DNA of 62,576 bases from Nitrososphaerota archaeon. GTDB lineage: Archaea > Thermoproteota > EX4484-205 > JAAOZP01. The notes under the pieces were generated by a model. The model ran no database searches and was not told the DNA's origin. It worked only from the letters and a program-made list of their open reading frames with translations. The position numbers and the translations under genes were made by a program. The stretch is from contig JAAOZP010000020.1 of assembly GCA_011605725.1 (NCBI GenBank), forward strand, positions 1 through 62,576, written 5' to 3'. Shown here piece by piece: positions 19,074-28,417 of the stretch (positions are counted from its first letter, which is position 1; each line of letters opens with the position of its first letter).

Positions 19074-20608
19074 CTACAGTGCCAATAGAAGCTTGACTCC
19101 TTCAAGCCTCAGCAAATCTTCATCAACATCTCCTTTTTTCTTAATGGATTCTCTAAATTGCTTCATAATCCATGCCCCTACCTTATCATCCGCATTCTCT
19201 AGTTTTTCGGCAAGTTCGTCTAACTCTTTTAAGAGCTCATCAAAGCTTTTTTCGTTCCTTAAGTATTTTGCAATTGCTTCTACAGCAAGCGCAATGAATC
19301 GGCTGGTTACTCTCATCTTTTCAAGTCTTTCATAAGCATTTTGAATTAGTTCATGTACTTCATCAGATAATTTTCCTTTCTTAAAATCACTTAATCCAAA
19401 AGTCATCTTAATGTATGCTAAAGTTAACTCGTAGCATGCTTTCAAGTATTCATCAGGTCCTTTCTTAACAATTTCTATCGAATCTTCAACAAACTTTATG
19501 GCATCGTCATCACGTTTCAAAGCTAGACAACAAATAGCCATGCAATGTTTAGCAGAGGCCACACCATATTTATCTCCTATTTCTTCAGAAATTTTGATGC
19601 AATCCTCAAGACTAATTCCTTCTACTTCTTCATAAACTTTCTTAAAATCGTCTTTGTTTTTGGCAAGCATCATTTGAATTTTAGCTAAATGAGCTCTACC
19701 TGCAGCCGCATTTAGTCTATTCTCCGCCTTTAGAGCATATATAATACAATTCTTTACATATTCTCGGGCTCTTTTTAAGTCGTCCTCAGATTCTGCTATA
19801 TCAAGCGTTAGTACCCCAAGTCTATCCATAATTACAGATTTATCATTATAGTATCCTTTCTCACCCCATCTATTTATTATTTTATCCTTATGGTATTCTA
19901 ACAGCCTTTCTACTTCTTCTAGAACTCTTAACGCCTCTTTTAAATCTCTCTTACGACGAAGTAAATCTGACTTAACCGTCAGTATGGCAGAGTATGCACT
20001 ATACCACTTCAGCTCATCTTTAATCTTTCTTGAATCCTTACTTCCAACTTCTTTAAGAGCTTTCTCTAGAGACGAATCAGCTTCTTTAGTATTGTTTAAT
20101 GAATGTAGAGCATAGAAAGCCCATGCTATCATTGCAAATGCATAGTGATACCTTGCCGAGTCTTCATCTAACTTAAGCGCCTTTGGAAATGCTTCATTCA
20201 CTTTGTTATACAAAGTTCTAGCTTCCTCCTCTGGAATTAACAGTTCGTAAGCATATCTTAACGCATGTTCAGCCATAAACAGTGCTTCAATCCACGCTTC
20301 TAATTTTTCAGAATAGTATAGTGCCTTCTCCCCATATTCATATGCCATCAAAGGAATATGTTTATAATATCCATAATTTGCTAGCACATACGAGCTTGCA
20401 AATGCAACTTTCATTAACTTTTTGCTCTCTCCTTTAAGCGTTATGATTTCTTCCGCTTGGTAAAAAATTTCTTCATTCACAAAAGCTTTTTCCCCGTCTA
20501 CTACGAGATTTTTGTCTATTTCTCTTAGAATTTCTAGGATTTTTTTCTCGAGCTTTCTTGAAGTTTTCTACTTGCGAATAAGCAACTTCTTTCACCATAT
20601 CGTGACTA
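19074..20608 (-). pseudogene. TPR-like helical repeat region, 3' part of a probable STAND/AAA ATPase-TPR gene (open ORF 19074..20480)
   Basis: Ala/Leu-rich helical repeats; upstream, across a frameshift, SHDMVKEVAYSQ resembles the STAND wHTH motif HxLxRExAY; sequence is cut at palindrome B; AT-rich. Confidence 0.65.
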
Positions 20609-20618
20609 AGCGCGCGCT
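20609..20618. repeat. Palindrome AGCGCGCGCT, copy B
   Basis: Exact copy separating two truncated, divergent gene fragments. Confidence 0.9.
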
Positions 20619-20882
20619 ATCAAAATACTAAAGAGAATGAGTGAATACTTCATAGAAAACAAAAAACCTGTCCATATAGTATGTAGCCTCTATGATGAAT
20701 TACCGTCATTTAGAATGACATTTATTGGAGACCAGAAATTACTCATAACGTCTTATGAGAAAGGAAAGCGAACAGGCCATGAAACCGTATTCTATGAAAT
20801 ATCTCCTCAAATGCAAACATTATTCGATGGCTTTACTTAGGAATATCAAAAGATCGAGGCTCGCTCAAGGCGTGTGTTGTAG
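20619..20882 (+). pseudogene. C-terminal fragment of an unknown (possibly DUF5919/PLD-like) protein
   Basis: Frame IKILKRMSEY..LYDELPSFRMTFIGD..FDGFT*EYQKIEARSRRVL* begins at palindrome B; its final TAG overlaps palindrome C. Confidence 0.5.
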
Positions 20883-20891
20883 CGCGCGCTA
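20880..20891. repeat. Palindrome TAGCGCGCGCTA, copy C
   Basis: 12-bp palindrome; AGCGCGCGCTAT is shared with copy B. Confidence 0.9.
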
Positions 20892-21068
20892 TTGGAGATA
20901 AACCGATCTTCTTAGCAACAATATCTCTAGCTTTACCTTGCTCGTTGTGGCCATTTGACCCCAACGATACCCTTAGGTTCATTTGAACTTAAGGGGGTCT
21001 TGCCATGCGTTCTCCCCAGTTCTATCTGTCTCTGCCTTGCAAGCTCCCTCTCAATCCTCTAGAAGAGG
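20891..21068 (-). pseudogene. Fragment of a ParB/Spo0J-like HTH protein of mobile-element type
   Basis: Frameshifted IERELARQRQIELG..QGKARDIVAKKIGLSP, truncated at palindrome C. Confidence 0.55.
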
Positions 21069-21094
21069 ACAGGTTAGTCGAGGACAGGTTAGTC
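21065..21094 (+). repeat. Perfect 15-bp tandem duplication GAGGACAGGTTAGTC x2
   Basis: Read directly from the sequence. Confidence 0.95.
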
Positions 21095-21103
21095 CATTTT
21101 TGC

Positions 21104-21220
21104 ACCACTTCACTATGCTGCAAAAATGGTTCATACACATATCGTCGAGCTATTGATCAAAATGGGAGCTGACCCTAACATTAGGAATAAAGATGGAAAG
21201 ACACCGGCCGATGTCGCCCC
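21104..21220 (+). pseudogene. Ankyrin-repeat fragment
   Basis: PLHYAAKNG / (frameshift) HTHIVELLIKMGADPNIRNKDGKTPADVA. Confidence 0.75.
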
Positions 21221-21224
21221 GAAG

Positions 21225-21929
21225 GTGAGCCTGAATTTCCTCGAGAAATTAAGGGATTACCTGAATGAGAGGCTGAAGGACGAGGTGCTCTACTTTGGGT
21301 TTAAGCCGTTTAGAATAGTGAAATATCAAACAGGAGACCTAGAGGTACATACGGAAAGCATAACAGCAGTTAGGTCTGTAGAGTTTCGTGCCGATGGAAC
21401 GATAGCCGTGGAATCAGAACTGGTGGACAAGGGCGGGGACTACATAGGTGAACGCTTAGTTAAGAATTATCGTCGGAGGTTTAAGGAGGCTGAAGCCAAG
21501 GGTAAGGAGGAAGAGGATAAGGTTTGGAAAGCCCTTGATAAGAAGAAGAAAGAGATATATAGGGACTACATCAACAGGAAGAACTTAGAGAAGCATCTTA
21601 AGAAGAACTACAGGGAAGCCTTCATAAGACTATTATGGTTCGACGAGGTAGCTAAGAGAGTTTCGAAGGAATATGGGATTGATGTCAAAGTGGAAATTGA
21701 TGAGATCGATTATGATTCCGGATTAATATCGGAGTTCGATGGAAGCAATATGAGCGAGGAGGAGAAGCTCGAGGAGATTAAGAAGAGGGTTGAGGCCATT
21801 ACAGCTGCGTATAAGCTCGCGTACAGCGCTTATGGGACATATGGATGGATATCGGAGGAAAATCATAAGAAATACCTTGAGTTCAGAAAAGCCCTACTCG
21901 AGAAATTGAAGAGCGTGAAAAAGATTTAA
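21225..21929 (+). CDS. Hypothetical charged protein (likely GTG start at 21225, fused in frame to the ankyrin remnant)
   Basis: Lys/Glu-rich ORF; GTG codon in frame just after the ankyrin piece. Confidence 0.55.
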   Translation: MSLNFLEKLRDYLNERLKDEVLYFGFKPFRIVKYQTGDLEVHTESITAVRSVEFRADGTIAVESELVDKGGDYIGERLVKNYRRRFKEAEAKGKEEEDKVWKALDKKKKEIYRDYINRKNLEKHLKKNYREAFIRLLWFDEVAKRVSKEYGIDVKVEIDEIDYDSGLISEFDGSNMSEEEKLEEIKKRVEAITAAYKLAYSAYGTYGWISEENHKKYLEFRKALLEKLKSVKKI

Positions 21930-22094
21930 AGAGTAGATGCCGCAAGGCCGGAAAGATGTTTCCAGGCAAGGGGATATGGCGCATTTGGCGAAGACGGGTT
22001 TCGAGAGCGCGTTACTCCTCAACGCAAGGCCCGTTACCATTAATGTAAGCCCAAAAGCATGACTGTAGATCTGAAAATAACTCGGCTGGAAAAA

Positions 22095-22213
22095 TGGCGA
22101 GGGCCGGATTTGAACCGACGACACCCCGGTATCGACATATTTCTATATTTATATTCTTCAGCCGGGCGCTCTTGGGAATGTTTTTATTCTCTCCCAGGCT
22201 GAGCTACCTCGCC
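22095..22213 (-). tRNA. tRNA-Phe(GAA) with two introns (22/23: 22171-22190; ~37/38: 22131-22155)
   Basis: Acceptor stem GGCGAGG/CCTCGCC, anticodon arm CCCGG-CTGAAGA-CCGGG, GGTTCAAATCC; the D-arm intron has a perfect TGGG/CCCA BHB helix. Confidence 0.92.
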
Positions 22214-22615
22214 TTCTTCTATTCACGTCCAAGATCCTATATTTTAATTTTGCTCTCCCGAGAGGTTAGAGATATTTTTATTTGTTCTTCTGGTTTTTAA
22301 GGCTTGTTCAACCGGTTTTTCAAATTTTAGAGCCTCCGTGTTTTTGCTCCTGAAAAAAAGGGTTAGGCTTCGATTTTTAATACTGTTCGTATTGCTGATG
22401 ATCCTGACTTCTGGAAAACGTTTAAAAATACTGGTACACTTGATGTTGGGGCTAAAATTTCCTGTTGTTTCGGGTGTTCTGTCTATTCAGCTCCGTGTTC
22501 TTAACAAGCCTCTATTCGTATTCAAGATAAATAGGTGCTCGTGCTGTTTTTAGTTAGGCGATTCCGGTAGGAAGACATAAATTGTGCCTGTATTCCCTTT
22601 TTGGAGGTTTAAGCA

Positions 22616-25357
22616 ATGAAGCATGATTTCAGCGAGGACGAGTATCGTCTGGAGTTCCTGATTAGAGGAGGGTTCACCAGAAGAAGATGCGTTAAATGCG
22701 GCAGGTTCTTCTGGACTCTCGACCCGTCTAGGGAAGACTGCGGAGAGTCTCCCTGCTCACCCTATACTTTCATTGGCAAGAGGGTGGGCAGGAGTATGGA
22801 TGATCTGAGCCAAGTTAGGGATGCTTTCCTGGGCTTTTTCAGGAAGAGAGGGCACGAGGTTGTTTCACCCTATCCTGTTGTATGTAGGTGGAGAGATGAT
22901 CTTTACCTTACTGACGCGAGCATAGTTGATTTCCAGCCTTATGTTACGGACGGCATTATTCCTCCCCCGGCTAATCCCTTGGTAATTTCCCAGCCATGTA
23001 TACGTCTGGTTGACATCGACCTGGTTGGAAAGACTCTCGGAAGGCATCTTACAATTTTCGAGATGGGTGGTCACCATGCTTTCAACAGTGGGGAAAAAGA
23101 GGTCTATTGGAAGGAGGATACTGTGAGATACGGCTTTGAATTCTTCACGGGGGAGATGGGGGTTAAGGGTGAGGATCTTTCTTTTGTCGAAAGCTCTTGG
23201 AGTGGAGGTGGGAATGCTGGGCCCTGCTTCGAAGTTATTTCACACGGCCTGGAGGTTGCGACCCTAGTCTTCATGAGGTATAAGGTTTATCCCGATGGTT
23301 CTCTGAGGGAGCTGCCTATTCGAACGGTTGACACAGGATACGGGATGGAGAGGATAAACTGGCTTTTAACCGGTGCTCCCACAGGCTTCCATGCTTTCTA
23401 CGGCAGGCTTCTTCAAGAGGCTTCTAAGCTGGTAGACATTGAGGTCCCCTCTGAGCTTCTAAGGGAGTATGGAGTCAGGGTTTCCCTCTCTGAGAGCAAG
23501 TTCCTCAGCCCGGTGGAAAGGATTAGGCTTGTCAGGGATCTCGAGCTCCCCGACTCTTTTTCAACTAAGCTTGAGACTATGGAGAATGTTTTCAAGGCTC
23601 TGGATCATGTTAAGAGCCTAGTGTTCATTCTTTCAGAAGGCGTTGTGCCTTCTAACACTGGAGTGGGCTATCTGGCTAGGCTGCTCGTCAGAAAGACGGC
23701 TAGGGTCTTGGATAGGCTTAATGTTAACTCTCTCCTGCTCGACATGGTTTCATGGGAGGTTGACTACTGGAGCAGGGATTTTCCGGTTCTTAAAGAGCTT
23801 AAAGACAGTATCCTGAGGCTCGTCGAAATAGAGCTTAAGAAATATAGGAGGAGTGTTGAAGAGGGTGTTAAGCATGTCGAATCTCTCGTTAAAGAATCAG
23901 GGTCAATAAGTGTTGAGAAGCTTATTGAGCTCTATGATTCTCACGGTGTTACGCCTGAGCAGGTCGCAGATGTTTTCTCAAAGAAAGGCGTTGAAATAAG
24001 GATTCCGGAGGATTTTTACAGCATGATAGCATCTAGGCATAAACAGCCTAAGAGCCTTGGGGAAAGGGAAGGGGTCACGCTAGACCTCGACGAAAAGACT
24101 TTCCCTGAAACCTTGAAATTCTATTACAAGAATCCTGATTTACTGGAACTCGAGGCCCGGGTTCTTGGGGTTTTCGAAGACAAGGTTATTCTCGACCAAA
24201 CGGTCTTCTATCCTGAGGGCGGTGGCCAGCCTGCTGACAACGGTAGGCTCATATTTAGCGGGAAAGAGGCTCTGGTGAAAGATGTTAAGAACTTGAATAA
24301 CCGTATAATACATTTCATCGAAGGCCCTGCTCCTGATGCAGGCAGTATTGTTAAAATGGTTGTTGACGCTGAAAGGCGTCTCCAGCTTAGAAGAGCCCAC
24401 ACTGCGACGCACATCGTAAACGCTGCTGCCAGAATGGTGCTGGGTAACCATGTTTGGCAAGCAGGCGCCCAGAAAGATACTGTTGAATCCAGACTTGACA
24501 TAACTCACCCTCTCCCACTTACAAGTGAAGAGGTTGAGAAGATAGAGCGTAAGGCCAATGAAATAGTCTTGTCAAACATTGATGTTAAAATACAGGTTCT
24601 GCCTAGAACTATCGCAGAGAAGGAGTATGGTTTCAGAATATACCAGGGTGGTGCTGTCCCTGGTAAAGAACTCAGGATCGTCAAGATAGATGGTTTTGAT
24701 GCTGAAGCATGCGGTGGGCTTCACGTTAATAAGACGGGTGACATTGGGCTGGTGAAGATAGTTAGAGTCGAGAGGATTCAGGACGGCGTTGAAAGAATAG
24801 TTTTTCGAGTAGGTTTCTCCTCCCTAGATTACGTTAGGTCGCTTGAAAACAAAATATCTAGCTTAGAGAATATTCTGGGCGTTCCAAAGGACAAGATAGT
24901 TCAGGAGGCTGAAAGAGTCAGGAGTGAGTTGAAAAACCTAAGTAAGAAGCTTGAAAGAGTGTTGGAGAACCAGTTTGACATGCTGGCAGACAGGCTGCTT
25001 CACAGGGCTATTGAAGAATCCGGTGTTAAAATCGTGCTCTACAGCTCTGAAGAGCTCGAGATAAACCATCTTATAAGCCTCGGCGAGAGAATCTCTGAGA
25101 AGGAACCGAGCTCCCTGACAGTCGTGATGTCCCTCGTTCCAACTGCCCAGTTCGCCGTGTTCGCCGGTGAAAAAGCCCTTGAGAAGGGTGTCGACTGCTC
25201 CATTTTGGCGCGCCGTATTCTCAGCGAAATCGGAGTTGGCGGAGGGGCTGGAGGCAGGAGGAACTTTGCGAAAGGAGGCCTAGCTACTAAGGTTGACACT
25301 AAAGTCTTCGAGTCAAAGGCTTTAAAAGCGATAATCAATGTCCTTCAAAGAGGTTAA
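22616..25357 (+). CDS. alaS: Alanine--tRNA ligase
   Basis: SQPCIR, FEMGGHHAFN, DTGYGMER, HTATH and ACGGLH editing motifs. Confidence 0.98.
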   Translation: MKHDFSEDEYRLEFLIRGGFTRRRCVKCGRFFWTLDPSREDCGESPCSPYTFIGKRVGRSMDDLSQVRDAFLGFFRKRGHEVVSPYPVVCRWRDDLYLTDASIVDFQPYVTDGIIPPPANPLVISQPCIRLVDIDLVGKTLGRHLTIFEMGGHHAFNSGEKEVYWKEDTVRYGFEFFTGEMGVKGEDLSFVESSWSGGGNAGPCFEVISHGLEVATLVFMRYKVYPDGSLRELPIRTVDTGYGMERINWLLTGAPTGFHAFYGRLLQEASKLVDIEVPSELLREYGVRVSLSESKFLSPVERIRLVRDLELPDSFSTKLETMENVFKALDHVKSLVFILSEGVVPSNTGVGYLARLLVRKTARVLDRLNVNSLLLDMVSWEVDYWSRDFPVLKELKDSILRLVEIELKKYRRSVEEGVKHVESLVKESGSISVEKLIELYDSHGVTPEQVADVFSKKGVEIRIPEDFYSMIASRHKQPKSLGEREGVTLDLDEKTFPETLKFYYKNPDLLELEARVLGVFEDKVILDQTVFYPEGGGQPADNGRLIFSGKEALVKDVKNLNNRIIHFIEGPAPDAGSIVKMVVDAERRLQLRRAHTATHIVNAAARMVLGNHVWQAGAQKDTVESRLDITHPLPLTSEEVEKIERKANEIVLSNIDVKIQVLPRTIAEKEYGFRIYQGGAVPGKELRIVKIDGFDAEACGGLHVNKTGDIGLVKIVRVERIQDGVERIVFRVGFSSLDYVRSLENKISSLENILGVPKDKIVQEAERVRSELKNLSKKLERVLENQFDMLADRLLHRAIEESGVKIVLYSSEELEINHLISLGERISEKEPSSLTVVMSLVPTAQFAVFAGEKALEKGVDCSILARRILSEIGVGGGAGGRRNFAKGGLATKVDTKVFESKALKAIINVLQRG

Positions 25358-25378
25358 AAGGTTTAACGTTAAACCTTT
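25357..25378. promoter_or_regulatory. Perfect 22-bp palindrome between alaS and leuS
   Basis: AAAGGTTTAACGTTAAACCTTT. Confidence 0.55.
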
Positions 25379-25410
25379 AAGTATCTTCCAGAGGCTTGTG
25401 AAGTAAAACA

Positions 25411-28302
25411 TTGGAGGAGTCTGAGTACTCTTTCTCAGAGATCGAGAAAAAGTGGCAGAAAGTATATGATAAGGAGAAGGTTTTCGAAGCTGAGCCAGAC
25501 CCCTCTAGGCCAAAGTTCTTCGTAACCTTCCCGTTTCCCTACATGTCGGGGCCTGTTCATTTAGGGACAGCCTATACTTTAACCCGCTTAGATATTGTTG
25601 CAAGATATAAGCGTAAGAGAGGGTTCAACGTCCTTTTCCCGTTCGCGTTCCACTGGACTGGGACAACCATAACCGGTATCTCTGACAGGATAAGGCGTGG
25701 GGATGAGAAAACCATTGAAATACTTGAGAAGATGGATGGTGTTCCAAGAGAGGAGATAGAGCGTTTCAAAGATCCTGTCTACCTAGCCAAATACTATACT
25801 GAGAAGAATCGCGCAGCTCTCAAGGATTACGGTCTTGCTGTAGACTGGCGTAGAGAGTTTCACACTTCCAGTCTAAACCCTGGCTTCAGCACGTTTGTTC
25901 AATGGCAGTATTTGAAGCTGAAAGAGAAGGGTTACGTTACTAAGGGGGTGCACCCCGTCGTGTGGTGTCCTAGAGACAAGAGTTCCACTGGAGATCATGA
26001 TAGGCTTAGCGGAGAAGGAGTTTTCCCAGAGAAATTCTATCTAGTTAAATTCAGGCTTGAAGGTTCTCATCTCGTTGCCGCTACCTTCCGGCCTGAGACG
26101 ATCTTCGGAGTCACGAATGTCTGGGTTAACCCGAATGCTGTTTACGCGGAGGCAGAGATTAATGGTGAGAAATGGATTGTTAGCGTTGAGACGCTTGATA
26201 AGCTTGCTGACCAGATGAGGATAGTTCACAAGATACGTGAATTCAAAGGTAAGGAGCTTATCGGGAAGATGGTTGAGGCTGTTTTCACGGGTCATCGGGT
26301 TCCAGTCTTACCAGCTTCATTCGTAGATCCTTCTCTTGGAACAGGCGTGGTATATAGTGTTCCGGCACACGCTCCGTATGATTACATGGCTCTTGAAGAC
26401 TTGAAGAGAAACGAGGCTGTTCTCAAGGAGTATGGTCTCGACCCGGATGAAATCCGTTCGATAAAACCAATATCCATGATAACGACTGAGAAGTATGGTT
26501 CAAACCCCTCTGAGAAACTTGTTGCGGAACTCGGGATTAAAAACCAGTCTGACCCTAAGCTGGAAGAGGCTACGAGCCTAGTCTATAAGGAAGAGTTTCA
26601 CAAGGGTGTGACGCTTAGCAACTGCGGCAGGTTTTCAGGTCTCCCGGTCCAGAAGGCTAAAGAGCTTGTAATAGGAGAGATGAGGAAAACCGGTGCAGGA
26701 GACCAGTTTCTAGAATTGCCGTCGCCAGTAGTTTGCAGATGTGGAACGAGGTGTCACGTTAAAATCTTGGAGGACCAGTATCTCCTGAGATACTCCTGGC
26801 CCGAATGGAAGGCTAAAGCCCTGAGAGCGCTAGAAAGAATGAGCATATACCCTAAGGAGGTTAGAGAGAATTTTGTTTATTTCATAAACTGGTATGATGA
26901 TTGGGCTTTCACAAGAACTTCAGGACTGGGGACACCTGTTCCATGGCTTCCTGGTCATATTGTTGAAACACTGAGCGACTCCACCGTGTACATGGCGTAT
27001 TACATTGTTTCGAAATATGTTAACAATGGAATGTTGAAGCCTGAAAACCTTACTGAAGAATTCTACGACTACGTGTTGCTCGGCATAGGCGTGCCAGAAG
27101 AGGTTGGGAATAAAACAGGTGTGCCAGCAGATTTTCTGAAAAGGCTTAGGTACGAGTTTGACTACTGGTATCCGGTTGACCTTAGGAATTCAGGCAAAGA
27201 TCTTGTCGCAAACCATTTAACGTTCTACATCTTTCATCATGTTGCCATCTTCCCGGAGGAGAAGTGGCCTAGGCAAATATCGGTAAACGGTTTCCTAAGG
27301 ATAGAGGGGCAGCCAATGCATAAGTCTAAAGGAATCTTCATCTCCCTCAAGGATGCTGTCGAAAAATATGGTTCGGATGCGACGAGAATAACCCTGCTTC
27401 TTTCTGCAGAGGGCCTGGAGGACCCCAACTGGGAGAGCGAGAAGGCTAGTAAAAACATCGAGTTGTTGAGAAGCATCTACGGGTTCATTCTCTCACTCAT
27501 AGGGGAGAAAGGTCCAGTCCGAAACAGTCACATGGAAGACTGGTTGAGAAACTCGGTCAGGACTCGTGTTAAAAATGTTACGGATGCGCTTGAAAACATG
27601 CAGATAAGAGAAGCAACAAGCGAAGCCCTCTATGGTTTAAGGAACGACTTAAGATGGTACTTGAGAAGGGTTAAGGAGCCTGATTCCGAGGCTTTAAGAG
27701 AAGCGGTTGAAGCATGGCTCAACCTGCTATACCCATTCATACCGCATCTCGCAGAAGAGTTATGGAGCAAACTGGGTAAGAAGAATCTGCTAGCCAACCA
27801 CCCGTGGCCCATTGTTGCTGAAGTAGACGAGAAACCATTGCTTGTAGAGAAATACTTGGAGCAGCTTGTAGAGGATACGTATCAAATCCTAAAGGCTTTG
27901 AAGAAGGCTTCGCTGAACAGGTTGAGGCTCATAACCGCTGCACAGTGGAAGAATAACGCTTTCAAGGAAATAATTGAAACGGCAGAGATAAATCCTGAGA
28001 AAACAAGAGGAATCCTGGCTCAACACGCAGCCGGCGTCGGCAAAGAGGAACTCGGAAGATTCATGGGGCAAGTGATGAAGAGTCTTCAAACGATGACGGA
28101 GGAACACAGAAAGATTCTGAAATACGTGTTGGAGAAAGGCGAGAAGAACATACTGAAGGAGGCGCAACCATTCTTCGAGAAAGAGTTTAAATGCAGTGTT
28201 GAAACACTCAGTGAGGACGAGGTTCCAAGAGAGAAACTAGGGGAACTGGTTGGGAAAAAGCCTCCAGCGCAGCCAGGCAGACCAATACTACTAATAGAAT
28301 AA
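25411..28302 (+). CDS. leuS: Leucine--tRNA ligase (archaeal type)
   Basis: IEKKWQ, FPYMSG, ATFRPET, GTGVVYSVPAHAPYD, EFDYWYP, SGKDL; variant HLGT and PMHKS motifs. Confidence 0.95.
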   Translation: MEESEYSFSEIEKKWQKVYDKEKVFEAEPDPSRPKFFVTFPFPYMSGPVHLGTAYTLTRLDIVARYKRKRGFNVLFPFAFHWTGTTITGISDRIRRGDEKTIEILEKMDGVPREEIERFKDPVYLAKYYTEKNRAALKDYGLAVDWRREFHTSSLNPGFSTFVQWQYLKLKEKGYVTKGVHPVVWCPRDKSSTGDHDRLSGEGVFPEKFYLVKFRLEGSHLVAATFRPETIFGVTNVWVNPNAVYAEAEINGEKWIVSVETLDKLADQMRIVHKIREFKGKELIGKMVEAVFTGHRVPVLPASFVDPSLGTGVVYSVPAHAPYDYMALEDLKRNEAVLKEYGLDPDEIRSIKPISMITTEKYGSNPSEKLVAELGIKNQSDPKLEEATSLVYKEEFHKGVTLSNCGRFSGLPVQKAKELVIGEMRKTGAGDQFLELPSPVVCRCGTRCHVKILEDQYLLRYSWPEWKAKALRALERMSIYPKEVRENFVYFINWYDDWAFTRTSGLGTPVPWLPGHIVETLSDSTVYMAYYIVSKYVNNGMLKPENLTEEFYDYVLLGIGVPEEVGNKTGVPADFLKRLRYEFDYWYPVDLRNSGKDLVANHLTFYIFHHVAIFPEEKWPRQISVNGFLRIEGQPMHKSKGIFISLKDAVEKYGSDATRITLLLSAEGLEDPNWESEKASKNIELLRSIYGFILSLIGEKGPVRNSHMEDWLRNSVRTRVKNVTDALENMQIREATSEALYGLRNDLRWYLRRVKEPDSEALREAVEAWLNLLYPFIPHLAEELWSKLGKKNLLANHPWPIVAEVDEKPLLVEKYLEQLVEDTYQILKALKKASLNRLRLITAAQWKNNAFKEIIETAEINPEKTRGILAQHAAGVGKEELGRFMGQVMKSLQTMTEEHRKILKYVLEKGEKNILKEAQPFFEKEFKCSVETLSEDEVPREKLGELVGKKPPAQPGRPILLIE

Positions 28303-28417
28303 GATGGTGCCTAATGAATCAGCATTCAGCAAATAGTAAAACAATTTACTCTTAGGCAAGCTCATTAAAGCAACGGTGGCTGAAAAAATTTAATAACCTT
28401 CGCAAAAAAGAATCCTT

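Noticed and set aside
18264-20891. Palindrome-separated fragments as a CRISPR array or integron cassette array
   Set aside because: The repeats are only 10-12 bp, spacers are 262 bp and about 2.3 kb, the inserts are broken genes, and no cas or integrase gene is in the window
22338-22553. Small ORF or C/D-box sRNA (TGATGA..CTGA) upstream of alaS
   Set aside because: Box spacing is too short with no C'/D' pair, and the ORF has no coding signature
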